Assembly (NCBI RefSeq): GCF_036971445.1
Contig: NC_091470.1
Location: forward strand, 150,908,001-150,972,000
DNA: 64,000 nt
Direction of reading: 5' to 3'
DNA from: Narcine bancroftii
Taxonomy: Eukaryota
Shown here: piece after piece, positions 1-12,084 of the stretch
Layout: the number at the start of each line of letters is the position of its first letter
How positions within the stretch are numbered: the stretch's first letter is position 1
Position numbers and translations under genes: made by a program
Notes under the pieces: generated by a model
Database searches by the model: none
Seen by the model: the letters and a program-made list of their open reading frames with translations, nothing else
Told to the model about the DNA's origin: nothing

Positions 1-24
1 GTCTATTGCTTCATTGCAAGTTTT

Positions 25-248
25 CAGTAATTCTCTTTGATGCAACACCTTTATAGTGCCAGCAACCAGTTCGAATCCCATGTTCTCTGTAAGGAGTTTG
101 AGCCTGCCAGGGATTTCCCTGGGGGTTCTGGTTTCCTCCCACCATTTGAAAGGTACCAGGGGTGTAGGTTAATTGGGTGTAAATTGGGCGGCACGGACTC
201 ATGGGCTGGAATGGCCTGTTACTGTGCTGTACATTTAAATTTAAAAAC
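25..248 (+). mobile_element. V-SINE (HE1-like) tRNA-derived SINE, partial
   Basis: B-box-like GTTCGAATCC, V-domain-like GGTTTCCTCCCACCA, CR1-type tail GGCCTGTTACTGTGCTGTA followed by AT-rich end; homologous copies elsewhere in the window. Confidence 0.8.
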
Positions 249-307
249 ATTTAAAAGATAAGTGAATCCAACTTACTTCACAGAGGGAAGAATAAACGTG
301 ACCTCAC

Positions 308-500
308 ATTCAGAGAGACAGGGGTCACTGTGTAATTGGATGGAAAACCATTGGCTGCAGTGACTGACCCGAGTTGACTGTTCTGTACTGACAGAGGGCA
401 AGGTTGTCCTGGACTGGGGACATAGCGAGCACTGAGGGACAGGTCACGGGGGTGGAGGAAGTGCTGCTGGTTTTCGGATCCAGCTGTTGAGAATGTGGAG
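308..500 (-). CDS. Candidate coding exon of unnamed host gene (STFSTAGSENQQHFLHPRDLSLSARY...PVSLN)
   Basis: Acceptor cttctttcag at 501-510; donor AAT|gtgagg; 193 nt, phase 2 to 0, in frame with exon 5956-6226. An alternative donor gtaagt at 271-276 would include a stop codon. Confidence 0.55.
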
Positions 501-934
501 CTGAAAGAAGCCTCTCATGAGGCAGGAAGTGGGGATGGAATGTGATGCCCTCCCAGTGCTGGGCCAGAGCCAACAGCTGGCCCCCACTCCACACAGATCT
601 CTCCTACACTCACTTAGCCAGAATGCACTGAGAAGCCCACAGGCTTTAACCCTTCCATCCCTGCTTAATTTGTGAACACTTCTCTTGCCTAATTTTTAAC
701 TCTTCCATGAAGCATTGCATGTTTGCTATAAGATAATGTTTTTATTGAATGCTTGTTAAGGAAGAGGGCTGAAATCGAGGCACAGCCCACACAGGGACAT
801 ACATGTTGAATGCCCACCCTGTTGCTCGAAACATTCTCCCACTACCTTAACCAGAGCCGAGAATCCACTAGGCACGTGTGAAGATGCCCTTTAAGGGTGA
901 GCAAGTTGCTGGCATTTCCTGTTGAAGTGCAAAC

Positions 935-1510
935 ACAAGAATATAACAAATAGGAGCAGGAGTAGGCCATTTGGCCCAACTAGTCTGCTCCACCATTCAA
1001 TGAGATCATGGCTGGTCTGATGATAGGCTCATCTCCACCTACCTGCCTTTCCCCCATATCCCTTAACTCCTTTACTAGGTAGAAATCTATGCAACCAGGG
1101 GGGAGGGAAGGTAGGGGGGGAAAAAAAGGGAGAAAATGCCACTGTGTATATTTAAGAGGGAAATGTTTTCATGTATTTTGATTGATATGGTTCACAGTGT
1201 GAAAAAAAATTAAAAAAAAAGAAATCTATGCAATCTTGTCTTAAATATATTTACTGATATCACCTCCACTGCTTCAATGGACAGAGAATTCTACTCTTGG
1301 AAAAGCAGTTCCTCATCTCTGCCCTAAATCTACTAACCTGAATCTTGAGGCTATGTCCCCTCAGTGCTCACTGTCTTCCTGGTCCAGGAAAAACCTGCCG
1401 TCTCTCATTTCATTGTCTTCCCACCAATAGAAACAGCATATTTACTTCTACCTTATCTATGCCTTTCATAATTTTATATGTTTCTATAAGATCCCCTCTT
1501 ATTCTTATTC
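935..1510 (-). mobile_element. CR1 LINE 3' fragment, interrupted by an L1 tail
   Basis: Reverse-complement CR1 3' end (AATAGGAGCAGGAGTAGGCCATT...) followed by degraded ORF2 C-terminus. Confidence 0.7.
1095..1219 (+). mobile_element. Severely 5'-truncated L1/Tx1 3' end with 14-bp TSD
   Basis: Matches L1 3'UTR at ~25385-25497; A-rich tail; TSD AGAAATCTATGCAA at 1081-1094 and 1220-1233. Confidence 0.85.
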
Positions 1511-1569
1511 TGGGCAATTAACATTGATAAGGTGCAGTATCCTAGCCAGAATGTCCTGTTTATAGAAAT

Positions 1570-1938
1570 ACCATGGCATTTGGTACAGAGATATTCCCAA
1601 AAATCAAAATTTCAATGCCCGCTATAAATTGTGTACGTTCTTTCATTGCCAATATTATATTTGCTGTCTATAACATTCCCACACTCACTATAAATTGTGT
1701 CTTTCCCACGGCCGCTATAAATTGTGCACATTATTTCAATACCGCTATTATATTCCACACTCGTTAATATTCCCTCACTCGCTATAAATTGCCAGTTCGG
1801 CTTTCCCACGGCCATTGTAAATTGTGCGAATTCTTTCAACATGTAAAAATATTCTCATATAGCACACACACATGGGGGGGTTCCTGGTTTGTAAAATATG
1901 CATATAATGCACACGTTATATGTGTAAAAATATGGTAA
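1570..1938. mobile_element. Probable non-autonomous DNA transposon remnant with internal degenerate tandem repeats
   Basis: Recurrent GCTATAAATTG units at 1621-1830; end TATATGTGTAAAAATATGGTA resembles a pogo/Tigger-type terminus; no matching left TIR seen. Confidence 0.35.
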
Positions 1939-2359
1939 TCATCATCACCCCTGCATCATCTCCCCCCCACCAATGCAAGTGTTGACTCAGGAAACCCTGA
2001 GGACTAGCATATTGGGCATGGGAAACATATGTTTGAATTAGAGAGAAGCAGTGTGTAGTGCAGGGGAAAGAGAACCATTTCCTTCTCTTAGGTTCCCAAA
2101 CTGAGCTCAGAGTCGGACATCTTCCCTCCCCTCAGCCTCAACCACACAAGAGCACCCCCTAGTGCACAAAGTGCTGAATGTTTCAGCCCTCTGCAGCATA
2201 TTGCAGTGTCACCAGCAAAAGTTTTCACTTGGGTTTGAATGCAGCTAAGGGATGAAAAGTCAAGATCTATCGCATTGCACTTACCCATGCTTGCCTGAAA
2301 AATGCAGCCAATCAAAGCATTGGCCAATGTCAATGAAATCTGATCTGTCAGAATAATTG

Positions 2360-2550
2360 AGTATTTTGAAGTATGGTGAATATTGTAAGGTGGGACGTGT
2401 GTCAGCCAATTTGCCCCACAGTGAGATAATGACTGGATAATCAGTTTTCAGTAACGTTAGTTGAGAGATAAATGTTGGTCTGGAGAACTCCCCTGGTCCT
2501 CTGCAAAATGATGCCGTGGGATCTTCCTTGCCCACCTGTGAGAGCAGACG
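2360..2550 (-). mobile_element. Deu-domain SINE fragment (SacSINE/AmnSINE-like)
   Basis: GGAGAACTCCCCTG...TGCCGTGGGATCTT...CCACCTG...GCAGACG matches the reverse complement of the Deu domain as recalled; related copy at ~35020-35350. Confidence 0.55.
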
Positions 2551-3524
2551 TATAATTGCTACAAATTTTAATTTGTTGTAAATGGTTATGAACTGGTGTA
2601 AATCTCACTAGAATGATGATGTGCTAATAGCGCTCAATTCTCCGGAGGTCCCTGATTTGCATAATTATTCCCAGCGCCAGGTGCTGATTCGGTTGGCTGC
2701 AGGAAGCACAATATTGGCAGCGGAAAACTGCATGTTAGTGAAATTTCAGAGGATACCGACGATGGAAAGGAACCGCCAGGTTATAGGAGGGAACTTGCCA
2801 GGTTGTGTCAATGCCCTTCACAGTCAAGTGAGTCCTGATAGACCATGGTCATTGATGTGGTGTGAGAGCAGCCAATGAATCTCACCAATCAAACAGCCTC
2901 TTGAATGAGTGATACAGTGCCAATACACTGTTGGGAATGCTGCAGCCATCCTTCATAATAACATGATGGGTGGCAATAGGCCTCAATCATTGCCTCTAAA
3001 AACATTACTGGAGGAACTCAGTAAGTTGAGCAGCATTAGTGGGAGAAAAAGAACTGTCAACATTTTCGAATCCAAGCTCTTAATCGAGTCCGGATAGAGT
3101 GTTTCAGGTTCCAGCATCCACTGTGTGCCTCAATCATAGCCTCATCCTGTCCCTCAGCAGGACCATTGCTCGAGAATGGGACTTAGACCCACAATCTTCT
3201 AACTCGTGAGACACAGCTGGTCAAAGCCACCATGGTCTCTTCATGCTATGGTGGTGTGATTAACCCTAGGTGAGTCCAGTCCCATGGGATGTGCCTTACT
3301 TTGTAATCGTGAAGGGAACAGATCACCCTTCTAAATAACACACTGGGGATGATCAGTGGTCAGAATGAGAAGATAACCAAGTTTGAGCGCATTTGGGCAT
3401 AAAGAGGTGGCTTTTTCCCCCAATGGTAGCAGAGGTCTGGAACAGATTGATAGTTCATACACCAGGTGTCAGTATATTGAGTTCTGGAACAGTTTGACAA
3501 TGTATCACCTCCTGCCACAGATAG

Positions 3525-3917
3525 AACCATAGAACAATCATAGAATATTACAACAAAGAAACAAGCCAATTGGCCCCTCTAGTCTGTGCTGAACTGTTTC
3601 TTTTCTACCTAGTCCCACTGACCTGCACCAAGTTCATTACCCTCCATACCCTTTCCATCCTGTCTAAATTTCTCAAACTTTAAAATTGAGCCCGCAATCA
3701 CCAATTCAGCTGGCAGCTCTTTCTACACTCCCACCACTATCTGTGTGAAGAAGTTCTCCCAAATGTTTCCCCTAAATTTTTCCCCTTTCACCTTTTAACA
3801 TCTCACCTACTGCCAATGGAAAAACCTACTTGCATTTATTCTATCTATACCCCTCATAATCTTGTAAGAGGTATACAAATCTCCCCTCATTCTTCTGTGC
3901 TCCAGGAAATAAAGTCC
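3525..3917 (-). mobile_element. CR1 LINE 3' fragment
   Basis: (ATAGAAC)-type tail and reverse-complement ORF2 C-terminal sequence (CTCTGTGTGAAGAAGTT..., CCCCTCATAATCTTGTA). Confidence 0.7.
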
Positions 3918-4959
3918 AGATTGGTCTCTAATCCTGGGGTAGTGGGTGAGTGTTGGTGAGAGGCAATTTTCCAGCTCTTTTTGGCTGGAGTTGGCCTAAT
4001 TTCTGGTGGGGTGGGAAATGTACATTGTGCGAATCATGGGGAAATCTATTGATTGGGTAGTCTGGATGAATCTCTTTCAGTCCGTCTCTGTTTAGCTCTT
4101 CTTGATTCCCTGAGGGAACCCAGGCAGGGATAATAAACGTTAATGATTAGGACAGTACTTGGTCCCCTAACTTAGGGACAGAAATCTTCCTGTGGGTGAC
4201 CCTATTCCCACATTAACCTGATTGACTCTTATTAATCCTTTGAGATGGCCCAAGGCTTCCAGTTGGTTTTGACAAAGTGCCAGAGGCATCTGAAGCTCAG
4301 AGGATCAAGGAGGGGACCACAACAACATTCTGCAGGCCAGCCAGGAGCCTGCAGTGAGTCCCAGCCCTATCAACATTGAACAGTGAAAGTGTCCTCATCA
4401 GCCGCAAGTCTGACTGAGATATTGCTGCCTTAATTGATGTTGGTCAGTAGACTCAAAAAAGGATGCAGAAAAATAACTACAGTTGGCGTGACAACAGAAT
4501 ATTTGGGATCCTCAATAGATCATTTATTCACAACCTGGACACCAACTGCAGATCAACATCACTGAGATGATATCAACCAGAGGTTATTTGGTTCTGTTTT
4601 CAGGACCTGGTTTCTCGTTCTGGGGGGATCCATGGAAGAGGTTTGCTGGGGGGCAGTTGGGATTTCTCTCCACTCTCTATCTGGGTTTGATCACTTGCTG
4701 ACTGAACAGGAGGTGCAGACAAAAAGCTGGCCATGCAGAGCCAGGCCACGGGCATCTTGGACTAAACTCATATCCTGTGCACAGGATGAAGATTATATAT
4801 GATTAAAATCTGCTTTGACAGCATTTTAATTCCTTTCCTCAGAAATAAATAGATAAGAAAAACATTATGACCTTGAATTTCATACAACGTAATACTTGTT
4901 CAAAACTGCAAATGTGGGCTTGTTTCCTGTGAGTGAACTACCTGTGTGAGGAACAACAG

Positions 4960-5150
4960 ACCTGGGGTGAAGCACTGGGGTGGATATAGATCCATCAGTG
5001 GATAGTGGGGTGAGTACGGGCCCTTTTGAGGGCACTGGGATGGGTAAAGGTCATTAGTGGGCACTGGGGTGGGTATGATCCCTTCAGTGGACACTGTGGT
5101 GGGTACCCAGTGGTGTGGGGACAGGTCCCCATACTAGACACTGATGTTTA
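4960..5150. repeat. Degenerate ~30-bp minisatellite
   Basis: Recurrent CAGTGG/GGCACTGGGGTGGGTA units. Confidence 0.55.
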
Positions 5151-5955
5151 GAGTGTAGATGGGTCGGTATAAATTGTCTGTGGTCCATAAGCCAGATTTG
5201 AGTGAGAACTGGTTTGGATTTAGAGAATTTGACACCAGCTCATTGGTTAAATTTAACTTGAATGTGGAGCTACTGAAAAAACACGGAGAACATTCAGTTC
5301 TCTTGTTCATTCAGAAGAGTACAAGTCAAAGGACTTTCTATGTAACATTAGCTCCACTTCATTATACTTATTAACGTTGGTGCAATCCCTCCTTGTCTTT
5401 CAACTCTTGGAGCCCACGCCGTTTTCTAGTAAACCTGCCCTCAGTTATTCTTGGGTGCGGCGCTCAGAGCTGAACAGGTCATGATATGCAGTTTCTCTCC
5501 CTCTAGTGCAGTGAACTCCATGGTAGTTCTGTTAGTTCGTTGAATGGCTAGTAAATGAGCACCAAGCGCTCATTCCATTAAATACTTCTCCCTCCTGCTG
5601 GCATTTCTCCTTAACAATCTTCTGAACCAGTTACAAAAAACAGCCCTCCTGTTCCAACGATCATTATTCTCATCATTCATTGAAAAAAAAGTCAAGAGTT
5701 TAGTTAAAACAAATCCATGGAGATCATGGTGTTAATAAACTATCTGTTACACAATGGGAATTAACAAATTTGCCAGATGAAACCCAATATGCCCATGTGT
5801 ACAGAAACACATGGCTGAAGGAAAGTGGAGACCCCGTGTCCTGTGAGTGGTGTAGCATGAGTTTTTAATGAAAAATTCATTCACCGGCTGTGGGCATTGC
5901 TGCCGCTTACTGCCCAGTGCCTGCTGCTCTGTGAAGTTGGCACACTTCACTTTAC

Positions 5956-6226
5956 CCAGGGATGGTGCTGCATGCGATACTTGTTCCGAATGTTCCATTC
6001 TCAGTGAATTTTGCAGGACAGGCGAATGAAATAGATTCCGTGTTTGGAAGTTGTTGCTTCCAAGCCGTTTTTGCCAGATTACCACGGACAGTTACCATAG
6101 TGACTGTTGTGCTATTGTGTGATTTAATATATGATGAATCTGCTCTATTTAATTGGACAACTTTGTTATTTGATACTGAGTCTTCTCCTGGTGCGTCCTC
6201 CCCTCTCGACCTCCTCGGGCTTGCAC
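5956..6226 (-). CDS. Candidate coding exon of unnamed host gene (ASPRRSRGEDAPGED...CSTIPG)
   Basis: Branch point ctaac plus cttgctgatcccag acceptor; donor GG|gtaaag; 271 nt, phase 1 to 2; only one minus-strand frame is open across the exon; non-repetitive sequence. Confidence 0.6.
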
Positions 6227-6689
6227 CTGGGATCAGCAAGGTTAGCCTGCTTGTTCTCTCTAACTCGATTCAAACATGTAGAATGAGATTTAAGTCTGGA
6301 CATCTGTCCTCAGCTTCTTGTGGGATCTTCTACATGAGCAGGCAGGTAGTTAGTGAGTATGGGGGTTTAGGAGGAAAAGATGACTTTGTGCTCACATATA
6401 GCACTGAGATATTCCTCACGTATGTTCATCTGTTTTGGTCCATGGGTTAAAATTCCACCACCATAGCATTCATGAAACTATTGAGGGAGAAAATGCAGCA
6501 GATGAACTTTGAACCTTTTTGTCCAGCATTTCCTGGGATTATTTGGAAAGACTGGGTGTTCCAAAAAGTCTGTTCTCCCATTTCTCTGCTCTGAGCACCA
6601 TGCCTTACCCCACACCCTGTCTACAAACATCCGGAAACCTTCTCCATCCCTGCAACCCTCCGATACCTCAGCACTCATCCAGTACTAGC

Positions 6690-6958
6690 TTTTTAAAAAA
6701 AAGTTAGACATAGAGCATGGGTAACAGGCCCTTCTGGCGCATGAGCCTATGATGGTTGATTACACCCAATTAATCTACAAGCCCCCCACCCCCGACCCCC
6801 ATATGTTTTTTTGAAGGGTGGGAGGAAACCAGAGCACCCGGAGGAAACCCACATAAGCATGGGAAGAATGTACAAAGTCCTTAACATGCTGCGCCAAATT
6901 TGAACTAGGCTTCTGGCGCTGTAACAGCATTGCGCTGACCGCTGTGCTAACCATGCCA
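6690..6958 (-). mobile_element. V-SINE (HE1-like)
   Basis: GGAGGAAACCAGAGCACCCGGAGGAAACCC (V-domain reverse complement), tRNA-like head near 6890-6958, CR1-type tail. Confidence 0.85.
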
Positions 6959-7955
6959 CTTCTTGCACACTGGTGAATAATAGCACTCCACAACATCTTG
7001 CCTTAAGATCTGGCAGTCCTTCCCTAAACCACTCTATTTGTCTCTCCACTCAACTTCACTAAAGTCTTAATATTTTAACTGTAAATGCAAATCATTAATC
7101 TGCAGATCTGGAAGAAAAGCAGAAAATGCTTGCCAGGTCTTGCAGCATCTATGGAGAGTGAAACAGAGTTAACATTCCAGATCGAAGATCCTTCAGATCC
7201 TTTCATGTCTGCTGAGTGTTGATCACATTTTTTTGCTCTGATCCTAATATTTCATTTGTAAAAGGAGGTGTCAAAATGTGACCTGACGACATTCCTGTCA
7301 ATTCCTATGGGAGATTTTCAAGGTGCCGTACAAGCAGATTTTTCTGCTGGAGCAGAGCAGAGAGGTTGGAGTTAATGGAAACTGCAGACTGGATCTGAAC
7401 AAGTGCCAAGATCAGGAGAAGGGCTGGACTGCTTGGCTTGGAGAGCGAGCTGGATACATTTCACCCTAGGTGAATTACTGAAAGGAAATGACAGCATCTC
7501 ATTTTTTTGTCACAGAGCTACATAAATCATCCTTCAAGTAGATTTGTTGATGCCTGTATCAGAATAGCCCATTGTTTTATCCAGACATCCTGTTGCAGCT
7601 GTGCAGTTTATCCAGCTCTTAACCCTCTCAGCCCTGGCTGCTGCCCCACATTTTTTATTTCTTCTCGATTTCATGTTAAAATTCTGGCCAACTCTCTCCT
7701 CCGCCCCCTTCTGAAGTTGTTGACTCCTGCCTGGTGCCAGGCAGCCATTTCGTTCCTCCTCTCCCGAAGGCTCAGCAAAGGGGAGAGATTTCAGAGAGGG
7801 GGAGCTGATGGAGGCGGGGTGGGGGGGGGTGTGGCTGGTGGTGGGTGGAAGAAGAATGATTCAGCAACACAAATCAGTTTCTTTTTTTCTTCCTTGTTTA
7901 TCTTCCCTTGTGAGTTGCTGAAATGTGATGGCTGTGATCAGGATCCTGCTCTCAC

Positions 7956-8063
7956 AGGCTTTGGGCTGCTCGGGGCTCCTGGCCTGGAACAGAGTGCACG
8001 ACGGCGCAGGAAGAGTGGAGTGAGGCGTGGGAGGGCAGCTTGGCGCAGCTACAGAATCAGAGC
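7956..8063 (-). CDS. Candidate 108-nt symmetric (phase 1-1) cassette exon (SDSVAAPSCPPTPHSTLPAPSCTLFQARSPEQPKA)
   Basis: Strong acceptor ctcttgctttttctttcaacag; donor CCT|gtgaga; only the phase-1 frame is open; fits between exons 28050-28155 and 5956-6226. Confidence 0.5.
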
Positions 8064-8552
8064 CTGTTGAAAGAAAAAGCAAGAGTGTGGTGGTGTGGGA
8101 GAAGTACGTGGACAAGCTGCAATGGAAAGGCTCAATGATTAAATGCCCCGCCCTCCCCCACCCCCTCATCTGGTCCACAACTTCCCCTTGGAGTCTTCAG
8201 AGATTAAAGATTAATTTTCAGGAAAAGGCTAAGAGCAAACTCACGGGGGAGGATAAACAAGGGCGGCTTCAAAAACTGTGTATTTCTTTTACAAATGCAT
8301 TTGAATATTTTTTTGTTTGGTATTAAAAATATTGAAAGTGCAAAAAAGGACTTGTTTACCCAGGAGGTCCTTGGGAGGGAAAGGAGGTTACACTGGGGAT
8401 TCCCAATGAGTTTGGAAGTGGATGAACATGACCAACTCCATGGGGATTCTTGGCACCCAAATCCTGACCATCCAAGCTAGACACTGCAGGATGACCCACT
8501 GAATTTAGGGGATTGCATGCATCAACTAGAGGCTGGAGCTTATGTGAGAAGA

Positions 8553-9048
8553 CTTCAGGATCAGAATCTGAACTTATGGTCATGAACGAGTCACAAAATC
8601 AGCTGATTTGCGGCAGCTTCGCAGTGCAAACATTCAAATAACCACCTTACAAAAATAAATAAAAACTGCATAAAAAGTCAAAGCAAGGCAGTGTCTTTGG
8701 TTCATTGATTATTCAGGAATCTGATGGCAGCGGGGAAGAAGCTATCATTGAGTGCTCGTCTTTAGGCTCCTGAACCTTTATCCCAATGGTAGCATTGTGA
8801 AGAGGGCATGGCCTGGGTGGTGGGGGGTCCTCGAGGATAGAGGCTGCTTGCTTGAGACACCACTTCTTGTAGATGTCCTTGATGGAGTGAAGTCTGGTGC
8901 CCGAGATGTTGCAGGCTGTGTTAACAATGGCCTGGAGCTTTTTTCTTGTCCTGAGCACTGGCACCTCTGTACCAGACAGTGATGCAACCAGCCAGAATGA
9001 TCTCCATGGTACCACCTGTAGATGTTTTCAAGAGTTTTCCATGACATG
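8553..9048 (-). mobile_element. Rex1/Babar-type LINE 3' fragment
   Basis: Degraded ORF end (LQAIVNTACNISGTRLHSIKDIY...ILEDP..HPGHALFTMLP) and (TTCTGA)n-type tail. Confidence 0.75.
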
Positions 9049-9713
9049 TGAACGTCAATCCACTCCAGTGAGACAAGCTCACATCCTCACTACATAGGTC
9101 CAGGCCTCTGGGTGCCTGGTCCATCTCTACTGCAATAGAGCAGAACCTTTCCACCAGCTAAAAGCCAGGATTGCATATTCTCCATGTTCATGGATGAGCT
9201 CCAACAGTGCTCAGAAAACAACTCTAGGGAAAGGCAGTCAGTTTGGTTGGTATCCAATTCACCTAAACATTCATCCCTTCACCATGTCACAGCACGGTTT
9301 CCCAGCTTGCTGCAGTTACTTTCCACTTAGAAAACTGCGCCCCAAACTAGCAAGAAGGCCGAGTGTGAGGGAACACCATTTCCTCCAGTTTCCCTCCAAG
9401 CGGCACAGCCTTCCGATTTGGAAATCTATCGTTATTCCTTTATTGCCAAGGTGTCTAAGTCCTGGAAGTCCAGACCTGACCGCATTATAACACAGAAGGA
9501 GGTTGTTTGTCTGATCACATTCATTGCAGCATCAACTCACCCTTCATCCTTTGTGCCACTTCCCTTCAGTGGGTGGGGGAACTTCCAGTAACCATTTCAT
9601 GTCCCAGCATGTCTTTGGGTGGTGGGGTAAGTGTGAAACCCCACGCAATCAGACGGAGAATGTGCAAAATTCACAGAAACAAAGTCAGGATGAAACCTGT
9701 ACTTTAAGTAGGT

Positions 9714-9989
9714 GTCAATGAGCTACCTGTCTATACTAGTCACTGACACCTCCTCACGGAGACACTACAGACAGGTAACTCACCGACACTTCCTCATGGT
9801 GACCAGTGCAAACAGGTAACCCACTAACACCTCCTCATGGAGACACTACAGACAGGTAAGTCACTGACACCTCCTCATGGTGACCAGTACTGACAGGTAG
9901 CTCAGACACCTCCTCATGGAGATACTACAGACAGGTAGCTCACCAACACCTTCTCATGGTGACCTGTGCAGACAGGTAGCTCACCGACC
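9714..9989. repeat. Minisatellite of ~40/41-bp alternating units (about six) with an inverted partial copy at its left edge
   Basis: TCACTGACACCTCCTCATGG[AGACACTAC|TGACCAGTGC]AGACAGGTAAC units; 9714-9738 is the reverse complement of a unit junction. Confidence 0.85.
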
Positions 9990-10651
9990 TGATCATGAAT
10001 TTAAAACAAAGTCAATTTCCGTGCAAAATGGGAATAGAACTTGGAATCCTTTTCAGTTCACCAGTGGCTAATCTGCGGCTTGTTTGTGTTGAGTTGATGC
10101 CATGGGTGGATAATATTGCATCCCTAACAATGATATTTCTTGACAAACTACTTGCATTTGCATGAAGCCTCAATATAACTAAGCAACCCAAAGCCAGGAA
10201 TGAGTTATTTAAGGTAGTAAGTGGGAGGGACTGATGATGGACAGCTTCCTGGAGGTAACATCCTGAACTGACTGCCCTCCTTCAGCTCTTGCCAGGGTAT
10301 GCCAAAACATCAATCCTATCCGCACTGTGTCTCTTTGCATCATCTGGAGATTGAAGTCCCTTCACTTGTCTCACTAGCTGACAGTCACCTAATCAGCCCA
10401 TTTCCCAATGTCAAATATTGTCACAAGAAAACTGAAGTGTTCAAACAGCTTTACTAAATGAAAAATAATTGTTCAATGTCACTCTAAGTTTTCTCTTGGG
10501 ATTTTTGACAAAGTGGAATCTTGTCTTGAAATTGCTGTGATATTAGGGGAAAGAGGGAGGTGAGGGATGGTTCCCACAAAATTTTGGGGAGGTGGAGGGA
10601 GGCTGGGCGATATGAGTAGTAGGCGGAGAGATCCAGAGTTTAGGGCAGTGG

Positions 10652-11152
10652 ATTCAAGTTCAAGTCTAGTTTATTATCATCTGATTGTACAAGTACAACC
10701 CAATGAAACAACGTTCTCTGGTCCTCAGTGCAAAACACACAGACACACAACCAGATATAACTCACATACAGGCAAACCATACGTATGCAGGACAAGTATT
10801 TCCAAACACTATAAATAAATAAATAGATCGATTTTATTTCATTTTAGAGTCTCAGATGGTTAGTGTGAGCAGTTCCTTGGGTTGTTCACCGTTCTCACTG
10901 TTCGTGGGAAGAAGCTGTTTTTCAGCCTGGTGGTGCTGGCTCTGATACTCCTCTATCACTTTCCCAATGGGACCAGCTGAAAGATGATGGGTGGAAGGAG
11001 TCCTCAATGATTTTGCGCACCCTCTTCAGACAATTATCCTGGTAGATCACGTTGATGGGGGGAGGGCGCGTGGAGGGGGTCTCCAGAGTGATCCTCTCTG
11101 CCACTCTCATGGTCCTGTGGATTGATCTCTGATCCATTTTGCTGCAGCAACC
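10652..11152 (-). mobile_element. Rex1/Babar-type LINE 3' fragment
   Basis: MDQRSIHRTMRVAERIT...IYQDNCLKRVRKIIEDSFHP; (CTTGA)n tail; same subfamily as 25500-25983. Confidence 0.75.
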
Positions 11153-11214
11153 TTACTTATTCGATTCTGTAGCATAATAAAAGGATAAAGATTTGTATTG
11201 AAAAACCAGTGTAG

Positions 11215-11295
11215 CGGTGGTTCTCAACCAGTGAGCCACGGCATGTTAGGCTGGAAACTAGGTAGACCTTAGACCATAAAAGTTGAGAACCACTG
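11215..11295. mobile_element. Small hAT-like MITE
   Basis: TIRs (C)GGTGGTTCTCAAC ... GTTGAGAACCACTG. Confidence 0.6.
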
Positions 11296-12084
11296 CTGTA
11301 GAGTGATTAGAGGCAATAGGACTGCAGCAAAGTTTTTCACCAGAAAAGATGACACGACTTCCTTATAAGGACAGCAATGTGTTACTCACTGTTGGTTACA
11401 AGTTAGAAACTGTACTAAAAGTACTGAGTGAATCAAATGACACGGTGCCAGTCAGGTTTGGCTTGAAGCCATGCACAGTACATTCCACTTTATTGATTGG
11501 TAACAACTTGGCTTAAAATGTTCAGGGAGCAATCTTCAAGTTCCGCCAATAGTTACATCTGTAAACATGCAGACAAGCTGAAGGAATGAAAAGTATTGTA
11601 TTCGATGTAAATAATCTTACAGTGTGTTCTTGATACAAACTCGAGACTAAACTTGAGATCCGTTATGCTTCCTGTGCAGACACAGAGACACCAAGACCAA
11701 TGGCATTGACCTTACTCTGGCTTACACAGCAGTGACCACATGCCCTGAGGCGGAAATGGGCACTATCCAAATGCGAGGTTGCTTTTTATTAAAGCACAGG
11801 ATGTGAAATTTGGTGACAAGGCCACCTTTCATTGCCCATCCACACTGCTCATGGGCTGAGGGAGAGCTTACGGTCAACCACATTGGTGGGTTTGGAATCA
11901 CGCGCAACTCTCAGTGGATCAGGATTTCAAATTTCTTTCCACGAAGAGCATTTGATGATGGGTTCGTTATCACCAGTATCCACACCAATTTTTTTTTTAA
12001 AATTCCAGATTATTATAATCTGTTTCAATTTTAATTTCCTAGTTGCTTAGGAGAATTCCTAATTTCACTAAGATTGTTTTAAAT

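Noticed and set aside
7306-7430. Signal-peptide-like minus-strand stretch (PALLLILALVQIQSAVS)
   Set aside because: No in-frame ATG and a stop follows shortly after
7507-8070. 187-aa plus-strand ORF
   Set aside because: Non-ATG start, low complexity, no recognisable motif; splice signals favour the minus strand
9714-9989. CRISPR-like repeat array (also 44830-45610 and 51900-52110)
   Set aside because: No unique spacers, no cas genes, vertebrate context; these are minisatellites
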